Source: Paraspadella gotoi (Eukaryota > Animalia > Chaetognatha). Taken from it: a stretch of DNA of 64,000 nucleotides. How positions within the stretch are numbered: position 1 is the first letter of the stretch; each line of letters starts with the position of its first letter. This document shows positions 63,075 through 64,000 of this stretch, in pieces. The notes beneath the pieces are model-generated. The model made no database searches. It was not told the origin of the DNA and saw only the letters and a list, made by a program, of their open reading frames with translations. Position numbers and translations under genes: made by a program. The stretch covers positions 11,781,585 to 11,845,584 of the forward strand of contig CM119268.1 in NCBI GenBank assembly GCA_051294375.1, written 5' to 3'.

Positions 63075-64000
63075 TCTTTATCGGGCATTCACTTTATATC
63101 ATGTCAGAAACATCAAATTATGATAAAATATGCAAAAAAAACGATTACTCCGCCAGTCTGTCTGTCGTACCATTCTACCTTAGCAAAAAACTTCATTGCT
63201 CGTGCTTTTAAAGTAAATGATTTTTTAAAAGTTTGTCTCGAATAAAGGGTCTCCTCCCCGTACAATCAGAATTCACATTGAGAAGCATTACTCTTTTATG
63301 AAAATAAAATTTATTAATAAATACAATAAGCAACTACAACTAATACGGACAGTGAGACACATGGTTGAAATCAAAGATAAATGTTACTGTTCTAAAGTTT
63401 GATGCATCCTCTAATAAAGGCAATTCGAAAAGTGTTACAAGTTTAACGACCATCAACATAATAGATCTATAAAAGGATGAATAAAAAATAATTAGATAGC
63501 GGGCATATATTGTTCAGTTTTCAATTTTCCGGTCTAAACAGAATCACCAACTTGTATGAGATACTTAGACGACAAAAAAAAGGAAACATGGGAACATCAA
63601 AGGTATTAAATAGTATAATTTTTAAAAGCTACCTAAACAGTTAACCTCTCATATTACAGAATTACAATCGCAATTAATTAAGCCCTTTTTATGTCGCTTA
63701 ATTTTACTTCGCCGAACAGGGGTTAGGGCGAGCGGTAAGGGTAGTTACAGGTCAAGACTGATTAGGATAAATTAGGTAATAATTTTATTTTATTTCTTTA
63801 TTTAAATAAATTATTTTAAGAGGTTTTTCAAAAAAGACGGCCAAAAACATAGGTTCTGTTCGAAAAGTAAAATTTTATCCCTTGTCTATAATAACGCTCG
63901 AAATTACCGGCTCTGCAGTTCGCATGATATTGACGAATGAGAGTAAATCACTACTGGACATAATAAATATGCGCCCTGTAGTGACATAATATCACAGAAG

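Overview
Eukaryotic (invertebrate animal) draft-genome scaffold, not prokaryotic. It has AT-rich short GT-AG introns, dense (AG)n/(GAC)n microsatellites, many N gaps and several indel-rich patches that look like unpolished long reads. Most entries in the six-frame ORF track are artefacts of repeats and Ns. Reading spliced exons by eye gives: (1) a minus-strand DEG/ENaC (ASIC-like) channel gene at about 3.9-12 kb; (2) a Penelope-like GIY-YIG fragment at 19.1-19.7 kb; (3) several long inverted repeats and a 1.45 kb TIR element with tRNA-like boxes inside its arms; (4) a tightly packed co-directional minus-strand block at 45.9-50.4 kb (PSMD11 last exon, POLR2F, a KH-like multi-exon gene, FAM120 first exon) that looks like an operon; (5) inside the POLR2F intron, a tRNA-headed SINE-like element carrying a candidate type-P5 twister ribozyme, the most interesting item; (6) four phase-consistent exons of a low-complexity regulator-like protein at 55-56 kb. 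Two tandem duplications are probably assembly artefacts. All family assignments come from motif recognition by eye; no searches were run.
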